Assembly (NCBI GenBank): GCA_963740085.1
Contig: CAVUCU010000001.1
Span: 800,001 to 864,000 of the forward strand
Reading direction: 5' to 3'
Source of the DNA: Nitrospirota bacterium
GTDB taxonomy: Bacteria; Nitrospirota; UBA9217
Length of the DNA: 64,000 nucleotides
Shown: piece after piece, positions 1-10,071 of the stretch
Position numbering within the stretch: the stretch's first letter is position 1
Layout: every line of letters begins with the position of its first letter
Made by a program: the position numbers and the translations under genes
The notes under the pieces: generated by a model
Database searches by the model: none
What the model was told of the DNA's origin: nothing
The model's input: the letters and a program-made list of their open reading frames with translations, nothing else

Positions 1-159
1 AAGTCCTGGTGTGGACAAGATGCCGTGCATCGCGATCTGGCCTATGTCGGTGATCTTCATGACCGTGGCGTCAACACCAAGTTCCTTCACTGCTGTTTTA
101 GCCAGTTCCTCCATCTTAAAGCAGTTTGCGCATCCGGGACCAAGAACCTTGATTTCCAT
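1..159 (-). CDS. small redox-active disulfide protein (thioredoxin family, MTH895-like), 3' end outside window
   Basis: Manual translation MEIKVLGPGCANCFKMEELAKTAVKELGVDATVMKITDIGQIAMHGILSTPGL; CxxC motif; directly after ArsP-type permease. Confidence 0.85.
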   Translation of the reverse strand, partial: MEIKVLGPGCANCFKMEELAKTAVKELGVDATVMKITDIGQIAMHGILSTPGL

Positions 160-169
160 TTTCTTCCTC

Positions 170-1123
170 CTAAAGAATTGCGTTGAACAGATACCCCACT
201 CCGATAATCGTAACCGTCATGATCGAGATGAACACGGCCAGAAGATTGACCTTCAACACCTTCCGCAGAATGATCATTTCAGGAAGAGACAAGGCCGTTA
301 CCGCCATCATGAAGGCCAGAACGGTACCCATGCTCATGCCTTTTTCCATAAGCGCGTATACAATGGGAATCACGCCTGCGGCATTGGAATAGAGCGGCAC
401 ACCGAGGGCAACAGCGACCGGAACGCCGAACGGATTCTGCGGACCTGCATACCGTACCAGAAAGTCTTCAGGTACATACCCGTGAATGAACCCTCCTATG
501 CCGATGGCAACCATTACGTAGATCCAGACCTTTTTCAGGATATCCGTCGTATTCTCCCGAGCATACACAATCCGGTCCTTGAATTTTTGTTTTGCAATGT
601 CGACGGCGGCACCCAGGGACTTGATCGTATAGACATACTCCTCGACCCATTTTTCAAGTTTCAGTTTTCCGATGATCATGCCCGCGATGATCGCGACAAG
701 GAGGCCGGTCCCCATATAGATGAGCGCGATCTTCCAGCCAAAGAGCCCCCACAGGAGCACAACAGCAACTTCATTCACCATTGGGGAAGAGATGAGGAAT
801 GAGAACGTGACGCCCAGGGGAACTCCCGACTCAACAAACCCGATAAAGAGCGGGACGGCAGAGCAGGAACAGAACGGCGTGACGATGCCCAGAAGTGCGG
901 CGAGAATATTACCGATAAACTCCCGTTTATGCGAAAGGATCTTCTTCGTCCGCTCCGGAGGAAAGTAGGACCGGATGATGGAGACAATGAAGATAATGAC
1001 GGAAAGGAGCAGAAAGATCTTTATTGTGTCGTATATGAAGAATTCTAACGCACCCGACAGCCGTGTGCCCTGCGCCATCCCAAACAGGTCATACACCGTA
1101 TACTGCGCAAAAGCCTGTAACAT
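170..1123 (-). CDS. ArsP/DUF318 family permease
   Basis: TPFCSCSAVP, FSFLISSPMVNE and GVPLYSNAAG motifs; multiple TM helices. Confidence 0.88.
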   Translation of the reverse strand: MLQAFAQYTVYDLFGMAQGTRLSGALEFFIYDTIKIFLLLSVIIFIVSIIRSYFPPERTKKILSHKREFIGNILAALLGIVTPFCSCSAVPLFIGFVESGVPLGVTFSFLISSPMVNEVAVVLLWGLFGWKIALIYMGTGLLVAIIAGMIIGKLKLEKWVEEYVYTIKSLGAAVDIAKQKFKDRIVYARENTTDILKKVWIYVMVAIGIGGFIHGYVPEDFLVRYAGPQNPFGVPVAVALGVPLYSNAAGVIPIVYALMEKGMSMGTVLAFMMAVTALSLPEMIILRKVLKVNLLAVFISIMTVTIIGVGYLFNAIL

Positions 1124-1189
1124 TCCCCCACCTCATATCAATTTATTTTTATATGATAACGGGGGAAGATGGAAATGTCAAGTTGAATT

Positions 1190-2182
1190 TCACTGCTTCG
1201 TCTGGTCCATCAGGTTTGTGATCCCGTCGGTCATGAAGACCTTGCCCTGCTCGTCCACGATGATGGCCTCCGCGCCGAACTTCCGCACGATCTTCATGCC
1301 CTCCTCGGGGCCAAGGATGAAAGGAACCTTGCTCAAGGGGTCGATGATCGCCCCCTTGTTACCGACAAGGGTCACCGATATGACCCCTTTCGACGGCTTC
1401 CCCGTCCGGGGGTCGATAATGTGATGGTAGCGCTTATGTTCCCTGATGACGAACCGCTCATAATCACCCGACGTGGAAATATATTTGTCGCTGAGATCCA
1501 GGACGGCAAGCGTCTTGTCATGCTCCCTCGGATGCTGCACGCCGATCCTCCAGGGCGATCCGTCCTCCCGGTGCCCCAATACCCAGATATCGCCCGCAAC
1601 CGCAATAACTGCGTTCTTGATGCCCCGTTTTCTGAAGAGCTCAGCGACCCGGTCTGCCATATATCCCTTCATGCCGCCGAAATCCATGATCATGCCGGGC
1701 TTTTTTAGAAAGATCGTCGACGCCTTCCTGTCAATTGCGACATTCTTATAGTTCACGAGAGGTTTGATCCTCGCGATTTCAATGTCCGTCGGGATCTTCC
1801 CCTCCTTGAGCCGCATCTGCCACAGGACAACGAGTGGACCGATGGTCACGTCAAAGACGCCGCCTGAAACCCTTGATATTTCGGCTGCCTGTTCAACGAC
1901 CTCGATCATCTCCGGTGATACCTTCACGGGAGTCTTCCCCGCAGCAAGGTTTACCTTCGTGATCTCGCTCGTGTCCTTGTAGAGCGACATCATGGCATCG
2001 AGCCGCCGCAACTCCGCCATCCCCGCGTCTATGGCCGCTTCGCCCACATCGATCGAGGGGGCGGTGACGGTGATCGTGATATCCGTGCCCATGATCGCCT
2101 CGGTCTTCTGGACGGTCCTGGTCCTGGCGCACCCGCCGAAAAGCGCAATCGCCATAAGTACAAGAATAAACGAACGCTTCAT
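1190..2182 (-). CDS. apbE: FAD:protein FMN transferase (ApbE) lipoprotein
   Basis: Lipobox LFGGC; FDVTIGPL, DFGGMKGY, STSGDYER, YHHIIDPRTG motifs. Confidence 0.92.
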   Translation of the reverse strand: MKRSFILVLMAIALFGGCARTRTVQKTEAIMGTDITITVTAPSIDVGEAAIDAGMAELRRLDAMMSLYKDTSEITKVNLAAGKTPVKVSPEMIEVVEQAAEISRVSGGVFDVTIGPLVVLWQMRLKEGKIPTDIEIARIKPLVNYKNVAIDRKASTIFLKKPGMIMDFGGMKGYMADRVAELFRKRGIKNAVIAVAGDIWVLGHREDGSPWRIGVQHPREHDKTLAVLDLSDKYISTSGDYERFVIREHKRYHHIIDPRTGKPSKGVISVTLVGNKGAIIDPLSKVPFILGPEEGMKIVRKFGAEAIIVDEQGKVFMTDGITNLMDQTKQ

Positions 2183-2264
2183 ATGATCTCTGTTCTCCTT
2201 ATCAGGGGATCGTGGCGCATGAGGGATTGTGCTCATCGGCAATAAGGGGGATGATGGCTCTCTG

Positions 2265-3026
2265 CTATACCTTGCCGGCCTTTTTCTTGATAAGCAGGTT
2301 CCTCGCAGCGGACCGCACCGCCTCAGGGACATTGCGGCTCGTTTCGAGAATGCCGAGTTCCCGGACCGACAGACGGGGGATAAACCCGAGCGAGATGCCG
2401 ACCGGGGTCTTGGGATTGCTTACGAGCGCGGAGGCGATCGTGGGCTTTCTGGTCCATTCGGCATTGGTCCCGATCTTGCGGATAACATCCTCGCTCAGGT
2501 TCGTTGACTTGGCGAAGAACTCGATCTCTCCGATGGTGATCCTCGGATTTGCCAGCACCCCCAGCGCAATTATCTTGCTCGACTCCCGGATCAGATAGCT
2601 GCGAGCCTCCTTGGCTCCGGACATGGATAGTTTTATTTTCTGCGACATGGTCATTCTCTGGATCTGCTGCATGACGTTCAGTTTTTTCTTTTCCGACCCC
2701 TGTCCTTGTTTTTCCTCCAGTGCGGCGTCCCCAAACACCACCTCCATGACGCGAGTGCTCGCAATGAAGCTTTTGATCTCATCCGAGGATGTCAGGGCAA
2801 TGAAGGCGAGCGTGTTCTCATCCAGGTTCGGACAGCGGACAAGATCGCGCATTACCTCCTCATCATCGCAATAAGCCTGAGCAATGCGGTCAAGGATATG
2901 AGCAGGCGTGCGAACATCGAGGAGCATGGCTCTGACGGAGATCGGTGAACAGTATTCAATATCCAGAGGAAGCTGCCGCCGGAACCTTTTTGCGAGTATG
3001 ATTTTCCACTGGCTATATTCGTCCAT
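2265..3026 (-). CDS. hypothetical helical-repeat (LRV/HEAT-like) protein
   Basis: 253-aa ORF with repeated xNPxT motifs (ANPRIT, SNPKTP); in operon. Confidence 0.65.
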   Translation of the reverse strand: MDEYSQWKIILAKRFRRQLPLDIEYCSPISVRAMLLDVRTPAHILDRIAQAYCDDEEVMRDLVRCPNLDENTLAFIALTSSDEIKSFIASTRVMEVVFGDAALEEKQGQGSEKKKLNVMQQIQRMTMSQKIKLSMSGAKEARSYLIRESSKIIALGVLANPRITIGEIEFFAKSTNLSEDVIRKIGTNAEWTRKPTIASALVSNPKTPVGISLGFIPRLSVRELGILETSRNVPEAVRSAARNLLIKKKAGKV

Positions 3027-3166
3027 CAGCCGCCTCTGTCAATCAAGGACCCGGATTCTTCCACGCCGAAAGAAGATTTTATCGCTCCGACCGTTGCCCT
3101 CTTTCAGCACCGACCTTGTCCGGGCAAGGCCCCCGTAACAACAGCAAAAGCGTTTCCCGCGGTCCC

Positions 3167-3373
3167 TTAAACGACTTTATAGCCCGCATCGACCACTGCG
3201 ATAGAAAGCTTTTCCGGCGTGATCTTGGTCTCGTCATAGGTCACTACGGCCTCGCCCTTCTGCAGGTCTACCCGGGCGTCCTGCACGCCGGGAACAGCCT
3301 TGAGCGCCTTTGCCACCCGCATCACGCAGTGATTGCAGGTCATGCCCTGGATCTTGAGTGTTGAAGTTGTCAT
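3167..3373 (-). CDS. copZ: heavy-metal-associated (HMA) copper chaperone
   Basis: GMTCNHC motif, AGYKV C-terminus, 68 aa. Confidence 0.9.
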   Translation of the reverse strand: MTTSTLKIQGMTCNHCVMRVAKALKAVPGVQDARVDLQKGEAVVTYDETKITPEKLSIAVVDAGYKVV

Positions 3374-3469
3374 GCGTTCCTCCTTCGGTAAAAAAATCAC
3401 TCCTGGTGCGTGAAACATAATACACGAATCAGGCGGTTCAATAAAGTTTTTTTGCGCATCCGGTGTCGT

Positions 3470-4822
3470 TTATTTAAGTCCGAATTTTTCCATCCGGTAG
3501 ATGAGCGTCGGCCGGGTGATCCCGAGATATTCAGCTGCGCGGGTCTGATTCCCCTTGTGTTTATCAAGCGCTTTGATGATAAGGCTTTTTTCCAGGTCTT
3601 CGAGCGATATCCCCTGTTCCGGCAAATTCAGGATAATGTCCTCCACACCGCGTTTTTCCTTCTTCAGCTTCTCCGGCAACTCATCCTGCGTTACGAGCGC
3701 TCCCCGCTTGAGCACCGAGGCCCGTTCGATCACGTTCTCAAGCTCGCGCACATTGCCGGGCCAGCGGTACGCTGTGAGCACCGAGAGCGCCCCGGCATCA
3801 ATGCGGACGTCGGCATCTTTGTTGAACTTTTTCAGGAAATGGGCGGCCAGCAAGGGGATATCTTCTTTCCGCTCGCGCAGCGGCGGGATGAAGAGGGTTA
3901 TAACGTTCAAGCGATAGTACAGGTCCTCTCGAAATGCACCCTCCCTCACCGCCCGATCGATGTCCTTGTTCGTTGCCGCGATCACGCGCACATCCACGGA
4001 GACGGGTTTCCCTCCGCCCACACGGTCGACCTCCCGCTCCTGCAGCGCCCGCAGGATCTTGGCCTGCAGGTCAATGCGCAGGTCTCCGATCTCGTCGAGG
4101 AACAGCGTACCTCCGTCGGCCAGCTCGAATTTTCCTTCCTTGTCCTTTATGGCGCCGGTGAAGGCGCCTCTCACATGGCCGAAGAGCTCGCTTTCGATCA
4201 GGGCTTCGGGGATCGCCGCGCAGTTCACGGCAACAAAGGGTCCCTCAGCCCGCCCGCTGTTGAAATGCACCCCCCGGGCAAGCAGTTCCTTGCCCGTACC
4301 GCTCTCGCCCGTGATCATCAGGCTCGCATCGCTTACGGCCACGCGCCCCGCCAGGTCCAGGACTTCCTTCATCTTCTCGCTGCTGCCGATGATGCTCTCG
4401 AAGCGATAACGGTCCGTGACCTCGGCCCGGAGTTCCACGTTCTCCTTCTCGAGTCGCCGCATCCTGATGGCCTTCTGGAGCGTGAGCCGGAGTTCGTCGC
4501 GGCTCACCGGCTTGGTAACATAATCGAAGGCCCCCCGCTTCATGGCCTCCACAGCGCTCTCGATCGTGCCGTATGCCGTGATGACGATCACGGGGATATG
4601 GGCGTCACGCTGGCGGACCCTGGCCAGGACCTCCATTCCGCTCATCCCCGGCATGGTAATGTCGGTGATCACCGCATCGAAGCTGTCTTTTTCGAACAAT
4701 CGCAGCCCGTCCTCCCCGCTTGCCGCGGTCCGGACCGTGTGACCCGCCTCTGTCAGGCTGAACTCCATGACCCTGCGCAGGCTGTCGTCATCGTCTATGA
4801 GGAGAATGGATGATTTTTTCAT
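3470..4822 (-). CDS. sigma-54-dependent response regulator (REC-AAA+-HTH, NtrC family)
   Basis: REC domain, GESGTGKE, GAFTGA, WPGNVRELEN, Fis-type HTH. Confidence 0.95.
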   Translation of the reverse strand: MKKSSILLIDDDDSLRRVMEFSLTEAGHTVRTAASGEDGLRLFEKDSFDAVITDITMPGMSGMEVLARVRQRDAHIPVIVITAYGTIESAVEAMKRGAFDYVTKPVSRDELRLTLQKAIRMRRLEKENVELRAEVTDRYRFESIIGSSEKMKEVLDLAGRVAVSDASLMITGESGTGKELLARGVHFNSGRAEGPFVAVNCAAIPEALIESELFGHVRGAFTGAIKDKEGKFELADGGTLFLDEIGDLRIDLQAKILRALQEREVDRVGGGKPVSVDVRVIAATNKDIDRAVREGAFREDLYYRLNVITLFIPPLRERKEDIPLLAAHFLKKFNKDADVRIDAGALSVLTAYRWPGNVRELENVIERASVLKRGALVTQDELPEKLKKEKRGVEDIILNLPEQGISLEDLEKSLIIKALDKHKGNQTRAAEYLGITRPTLIYRMEKFGLK

Positions 4823-4953
4823 GCGTAATTCGTTGTCCACGGGTAACGGTGACGAGGCCCTTTTCGTATGCCAGTTGCGTCGTTCGTGTTCTGGCTAACC
4901 GTCCCATGACCTCCGATACGGGCTTCGTTTCCGCTTAGCGCGAAACCATTGCT

Positions 4954-6057
4954 TTAGACCGGTATCGTTACCCTGAACGTCGTTCCCTTCCCCGGTTCGC
5001 TCGCGACATTGATCGTCCCGCGGTGGTTCTCGATGATCCGGTAGGTGATCGCAAGACCGAGACCCGTGCCGTTCTTCTTGGTCGTAAAAAACGGACTGAA
5101 GAGCTTTTTCCTGTTTTTTTCACTGATCCCGACGCCCGTGTCCGCGATCGTTATCTCGACGGCATCGCCATGAAGCCTGCTCCCGATGGTCAGGACACCG
5201 CCGCCGTCCATTGCCTGGATCGCGTTCAGGACCAGGTTCAGGAACGCCTGCCGGAGCAGGCCGACGTCGAGGCCGCGCTTCCCGATCGCGGGATCGAGCG
5301 ATTTTTCAACCTTCACCCCCGCCTTCCTCGCCTCCTGCGCCGTAAGCGTGAGCACGGACTCGATGGCTTCATTCAGGTCAGCCTGCTGGAGATCGGGCTG
5401 CTTGGGCCGTGCGAACCCGAGGAACTCCTGCACAATATGGTTCAGCCGGTCTGTTTCTTTGAGCAGTATCTGGATGAACTCGTACCTGGCGTCCTCCGGC
5501 CTGTAATCGTCCTTCAGGATCTCAACCGCACCCTTGATAGCGCCCAGCGGGTTCCGGATCTCATGGGCCATGCCGGCGGAGAGTTCGCCGAGGGCGGACA
5601 AACGGTCGGCGCGCCTCAAATGCTCCTCCGTCTGAAAGAGGATGTCCGTCTGCTCCCGAAGCTTGCGGTGGGACTCATCGAGCCGCAGGAGCGCCCCTTC
5701 ATACCGCATGCGCTGGTTTCGCTCCATCTGGCTCAATACTCCTGTAACGCCGCCGATCAGAAGAAAGAGGAACAGCTCCACGTAGTTGTAGACTTCCAGA
5801 AAGGGGTCATGCCAGTGCAGGAAGAGGTGCGGCGAAAACAGGACCGCAGATGCGATGGAAACACTTGCCCCACCCTTGATGCCATACCAATAGGCCCCGA
5901 GGATGATCGGCACGATATACATATGCCCGAGAAGACTGTGCAGCAATCCCGCCTGAGCGCCGCCCACAAGGTAGTGAATGAGGGTGATTAACGCAAGCAA
6001 TACACCGAGCACATATGCCCTGAGGCCTTTAATTTTCCAGAAGCGTGTCCTATCCAT
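4954..6057 (-). CDS. membrane sensor histidine kinase
   Basis: 4 N-terminal TM helices, AHEIRNPL H-box, N/G/F boxes. Confidence 0.93.
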   Translation of the reverse strand: MDRTRFWKIKGLRAYVLGVLLALITLIHYLVGGAQAGLLHSLLGHMYIVPIILGAYWYGIKGGASVSIASAVLFSPHLFLHWHDPFLEVYNYVELFLFLLIGGVTGVLSQMERNQRMRYEGALLRLDESHRKLREQTDILFQTEEHLRRADRLSALGELSAGMAHEIRNPLGAIKGAVEILKDDYRPEDARYEFIQILLKETDRLNHIVQEFLGFARPKQPDLQQADLNEAIESVLTLTAQEARKAGVKVEKSLDPAIGKRGLDVGLLRQAFLNLVLNAIQAMDGGGVLTIGSRLHGDAVEITIADTGVGISEKNRKKLFSPFFTTKKNGTGLGLAITYRIIENHRGTINVASEPGKGTTFRVTIPV

Positions 6058-6432
6058 GCGAAGTCATTTGGCAAGCAGAAATCCAGACAGTGAAATTCTC
6101 AACAAAAAAAATAAAACTGACTATGGGTTGCCTCCCCCTGATAAGGTAAATTAATCTAACTGAATAGCCCCTGTTTGTCAAGAAATGACTATGCGGTTGG
6201 CTGCGCTGCAAGAACGCACAACTCGTTGATTGTTTTGTCAATTTAACGTACTTACGACAGGTTGCCCTCTTGAATTGCCGCCCCTGGGCAGCATCACACG
6301 GGGGAGAAATGCTTCCCCTGGCTATTAGAGGGTATAAGAAAATAGCCGATATCATGATTCTACTTGACAATGTCTACGTTGTCTGGTAAATATTAAGGAT
6401 ACATTTTAATTCAGGAAAGGAGGTGAATATCA

Positions 6433-6732
6433 ATGAAAAAGATCATCGCGCTTTTCACAGCAGTGGCATTTGCACTGACCCTCGGCGTAGCGTTCGCAGA
6501 GGAGATGGCACCGGCAGCAGCTCCTACGAAGACCGAGAAGAAAACGGCAACCAAGAAGGCAGCACACAAGAAGAAGGTAGCCAAGAAGAAGGCAGCCAAG
6601 TTAAAGGCAGCCGAGAAGAAGGAAGCAGCTGAGATGAAGGCATCCGAGAAGATGGAAGCAACCGAGAAGAAGGAAGCAGCAGAGATGAGAGCAACCGAGA
6701 AGAAGGAAGAAGCAGCTCCGGCAGCAAAGTAG
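6433..6732 (+). CDS. small secreted Lys/Ala/Glu-rich repeat protein
   Basis: Strong RBS AAGGAGGTG, signal peptide ending AFA, repeats AEKKEAAEMKA. Confidence 0.8.
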   Translation: MKKIIALFTAVAFALTLGVAFAEEMAPAAAPTKTEKKTATKKAAHKKKVAKKKAAKLKAAEKKEAAEMKASEKMEATEKKEAAEMRATEKKEEAAPAAK

Positions 6733-6798
6733 TTCCCCTATACCGCTAATTCATTATACAGAGCGGAGAAAAGCTTTAATGTCAGTACATGTAACTTT

Positions 6799-6828
6799 AA
6801 GCAGGCGGTTTAAACCGCCTGCTTTTTT
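6799..6828 (+). terminator. Rho-independent terminator
   Basis: AAGCAGGCGGTT-TA-AACCGCCTGCTT plus T-run. Confidence 0.85.
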
Positions 6829-6869
6829 GTCTTCTACGGACCTCGAAAAATCTTTCCGGCGTTGACCGG

Positions 6870-7778
6870 TCAATCCCACCACAAGAACAGTTTCTTCGTT
6901 TTCTGAATTTCTTTCGCGAGTTCGGCTATGCTTCCCGGTCCCTGGTCCACGGCATCGGGGCAGAAATCACGCACCTCCTCTGCAAAGGCATTCAGGTCCT
7001 TCGGCAATATCCTGAACTCGATTTCCACCCAATTGCCGTCCGCCCCGAGAATTTCAAAGGGGGAGTCTATCTCCCACTCTTTCAAGCGATCGATCACGTC
7101 CTGATTCGATATGTCATATTCATTCCCGTCCGTATGCATGATCCGCAGGATGTCGTACTGGTCCGTGCCCTTGAGGATCCCGATCTTATCGATCTTGAGC
7201 CCCTCGTTCATCTCCACCACAAAGGCCATATACTTGAGGGGGAAAAGTTTCTTCCGAAGCGAGGAAAGGATGTGATCCGTCCTGTCCTCCGGCACTGAGA
7301 TGGTTATGCCGGGAACGATGATCTGGTAGCTGTCTTCATCGAAGCCGATCAGCCGTCCGATGCGGTCCTGACTCTCTTCCTTCGCCATGAGAAGGACCTG
7401 TCGATCAAACTTGATGCTCTTTGCAAGTTCTTCCGCTGCAGGGGAGAGGGTCGCCTTCGTGATCGTCGCCCTGCTTACCACGCCGGCCGCGGCGCTCCTG
7501 GTCATACCGCTGGAGAGACTATGCTTCGTTCTGCTCGTTATACTGCCCGTCACCCTGCTGAGAGGGCTGTTCGTCATGCCGCTGATAAGGCTGCCGGTGA
7601 TGCTGCTGGTGACGCTGCTCATGACGCTGCCGGTGCCGGTGCTCGTGACGCTGCTGGTGACGTTGCTCATGACGCTGCCGGTGCCGGTGCTTATCACCCG
7701 GTTTTCCGCTCCCATGAGCAGAAGCGCAATTCCGGCAAAGGCCAGCAGGGACGAAAATCGTCGGGATAAGTACTGCAT
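6870..7778 (-). CDS. DUF4253-like secreted protein with Ser/Thr-rich N-terminal repeats
   Basis: C-terminal FCPDAVDQG...LFLWWD signature. Confidence 0.75.
   Translation of the reverse strand: MQYLSRRFSSLLAFAGIALLLMGAENRVISTGTGSVMSNVTSSVTSTGTGSVMSSVTSSITGSLISGMTNSPLSRVTGSITSRTKHSLSSGMTRSAAAGVVSRATITKATLSPAAEELAKSIKFDRQVLLMAKEESQDRIGRLIGFDEDSYQIIVPGITISVPEDRTDHILSSLRKKLFPLKYMAFVVEMNEGLKIDKIGILKGTDQYDILRIMHTDGNEYDISNQDVIDRLKEWEIDSPFEILGADGNWVEIEFRILPKDLNAFAEEVRDFCPDAVDQGPGSIAELAKEIQKTKKLFLWWD
7590..7692. repeat. intragenic 12-bp/48-bp tandem repeats
   Basis: GCTGCTGGTGACG(C/T)TGCTCATGACGCTGCCGGTGCCGGTGCT repeated; encodes TGTGSVMSxVTSS. Confidence 0.75.
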
Positions 7779-7929
7779 ACGGTGTGCTCCTCTCTGCAAG
7801 GAAATCGTTTCGGGAAGGGAAGACATATAATGACGAGAGCTGCCTGTAAAATGAATGGATTATTTTATCACAGAAGACCGGTTGAAAACAACAAAATATG
7901 TTGCCGTCAAGCCCCTCTCTCCGAACTGG

Positions 7930-8571
7930 TCATATGTTCTTCGACGGGCAGAGGTCGACAAGGACGCATACCGCATGGTCGGCCTTTTTCGCCTGGCAGA
8001 CCTTTCTGCCGTGGAATATCAGCAGGTGCGACAAATGCCCCCATTCTTCTTTCGGAGTGATCGCGATCAGGTCCTTTTCGATCTTCACCGGGTCGTCGTG
8101 CTTCGTCAGACCGAGGCGATAGGCAAGCCGCTTCACGTGGGTGTCCACGGCGATTCCTTCATTGATACCAAAGGCGCTCGACAGCACGATGTTGGCCGTT
8201 TTTCGTGCCACCCCCGGCAGCGAGACAAGCTCTTCCATGGTCTGCGGGACCTTGCCTCCGAATTTTTCGATAAGCATCTTTGCGGTTTTATTGATGTTCT
8301 TCGCCTTATTGTTAAAAAAATTCACGGACCGGATGTCCTGGGCCAGCTTTTCCGGCGTGGTCTTCGCAACATCCTGCACTGACCGGTATTTTTTAAACAG
8401 CTCTTCGGTCACCCTGTTCACGAGCACATCCGTGGTCTGGGCCGAGAGGATCGTGGCAACAAGCAGTTCGAACGGAGTGGAGTAATGAAGCGCGGTCTGC
8501 GGCGTTCCGGCATACTTTTTTTTAAGCCTCCGGATGATCTCTGCGATGTTTTTTTTGTTCTGAGTATTCAT
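7930..8571 (-). CDS. nth: endonuclease III
   Basis: LVATILSAQTTD, LPGVARKTAN HhH, AVDTHVKR, C-terminal Cys cluster. Confidence 0.93.
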   Translation of the reverse strand: MNTQNKKNIAEIIRRLKKKYAGTPQTALHYSTPFELLVATILSAQTTDVLVNRVTEELFKKYRSVQDVAKTTPEKLAQDIRSVNFFNNKAKNINKTAKMLIEKFGGKVPQTMEELVSLPGVARKTANIVLSSAFGINEGIAVDTHVKRLAYRLGLTKHDDPVKIEKDLIAITPKEEWGHLSHLLIFHGRKVCQAKKADHAVCVLVDLCPSKNI

Positions 8572-8615
8572 GGTCACCTGAACGCCGGCATTTTCGGGCC
8601 TTTTGCAGTCGCATA

Positions 8616-9380
8616 TTATTGGAACGGTGTGATCAGAAAGCCCCACAAACGCTGATACTTCTCTTCCCTGAAGGTTGGCAGACCCAGAGTAATGGTCCGT
8701 GTCTCCTCGCGCACCCTGAACGTGCCGCCAAGCCGGTCCCACAACGAGAGGAAACTGGTATAGTTCGATTTTTTTTCATCCGGATCCACCGAGTGGTGCA
8801 CCCGGTGCATGTTCGGCGTCACGATGAGTACGCGGAGCAGGCGGTCCCCTGTTTCCGGCAAGGCAAGATTGCTGTGATGGAACAGGGTCGAGATGTTCAG
8901 CATGACCTCAAAAAGCACCAACTCGCCAAAATTCATCCCGATCAGGACAAGAACGGGAAGGCGTATGAACGAGGAAAGGACCAGTTCTCCGGGATGAAAA
9001 CGGAGCGCCGTGGTCGTGTCCATCTCGATGTCCGAATGGTGAGCCCGATGAAACCGCCAGAAAAAAGAGAACTCGTGGTTCGCCATATGCCAATAATACA
9101 TCCAGATATCGAAGAGAAGGAACACAACGATCATGTGTGCCGCACGGGGAAGTTCCACCAAGCTCATGAGACCAAGCGAATGCGCCTTACCCCAACTGAT
9201 CACCTGCATCGTGATGCCGGCCAGCAAAAAACGCGTCAGGAGACCGTTCAGGACCGCGGTCAGCACATGGGGCATTCCATGTCTGATCCTCAGCCTGCGT
9301 CCCTGCAGGTGAGGAATAAACCCTTCCATCGTAAAAATAAGGACAAGGACTGATATGATAATGATCGGCTTGGTTTCCAT
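8616..9380 (-). CDS. sterol desaturase / fatty acid hydroxylase family protein
   Basis: His boxes HMANH, HRAHHS, HHSN, HRVHHS. Confidence 0.9.
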   Translation of the reverse strand: METKPIIIISVLVLIFTMEGFIPHLQGRRLRIRHGMPHVLTAVLNGLLTRFLLAGITMQVISWGKAHSLGLMSLVELPRAAHMIVVFLLFDIWMYYWHMANHEFSFFWRFHRAHHSDIEMDTTTALRFHPGELVLSSFIRLPVLVLIGMNFGELVLFEVMLNISTLFHHSNLALPETGDRLLRVLIVTPNMHRVHHSVDPDEKKSNYTSFLSLWDRLGGTFRVREETRTITLGLPTFREEKYQRLWGFLITPFQ

Positions 9381-9385
9381 AGTGT

Positions 9386-10066
9386 CTATTTAAAAATGCT
9401 CTTCCGATGCTGTTCGAGAAAAGACCGGGTCCTCGATATTTCCGGTGCCGGACCCGTGATTTGAGACATGAGCGTCTTCAGGTCCTCCACCGTATCGACA
9501 TCCGTCAATTCCGGCAAGACGTAGACCTTCAATGATGCGTCATGCAGCTTGTCCATCGTCTCGCGAAAAACGGTTTTTGTGCTCCATACCATACCATGAA
9601 AGATACCCGGCTCAAATGATTTTTTTCTAAAGCCGATCAGGTAATAGCCGCCGTCGTCTGCCGGACCGATGACCGCGTCATGCGTCAAAAGCGCCGCAAA
9701 AGCCTCTTCTATCACATCGGCCGTCAATCCCGGGATATCGCTCCCGATCAGGAGCGCATTGTCCGCGTCCCCGGTAAAAGCACGCTCGAAAGCCGTCTTC
9801 ATGCGGTCACCAAGGTCTTCGCCGGACTGAGGGACCAAGGGATGGTCATTCCCGAGCCATTCGACAACTTGATCCTGCGCGCCGGACGGGGTGAAACAGA
9901 CCTGGAACGGAAAACCTCCCCTCGTCAGCATATCGATCGTATCCAGCACCATCTTCTCGTAAAGATGAAGGACGAGGTCTTCATCCATGCATTGCGCAAG
10001 CCGGGATTTCACTTTGCCTTTTTCCGGAAGTTTAACGAACAGGATAACACTGCGATTGTCATTCAT
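9386..10066 (-). CDS. TIGR04282/DUF2064 family glycosyltransferase-like protein
   Basis: FVKLPEKGKVKSRLA, QSGEDLGDRM, IGSDIP, GPADDGGYYLIG, LTDVDT. Confidence 0.88.
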   Translation of the reverse strand: MNDNRSVILFVKLPEKGKVKSRLAQCMDEDLVLHLYEKMVLDTIDMLTRGGFPFQVCFTPSGAQDQVVEWLGNDHPLVPQSGEDLGDRMKTAFERAFTGDADNALLIGSDIPGLTADVIEEAFAALLTHDAVIGPADDGGYYLIGFRKKSFEPGIFHGMVWSTKTVFRETMDKLHDASLKVYVLPELTDVDTVEDLKTLMSQITGPAPEISRTRSFLEQHRKSIFK

Positions 10067-10071
10067 CGTAT

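Noticed and set aside
6060-6430. sigma54 promoter for the neighbouring regulator
   Set aside because: No TGGCAC-N5-TTGC match with correct spacing found
7590-7692. CRISPR-like repeats
   Set aside because: In-frame coding tandem repeats without unique spacers; no cas genes in window
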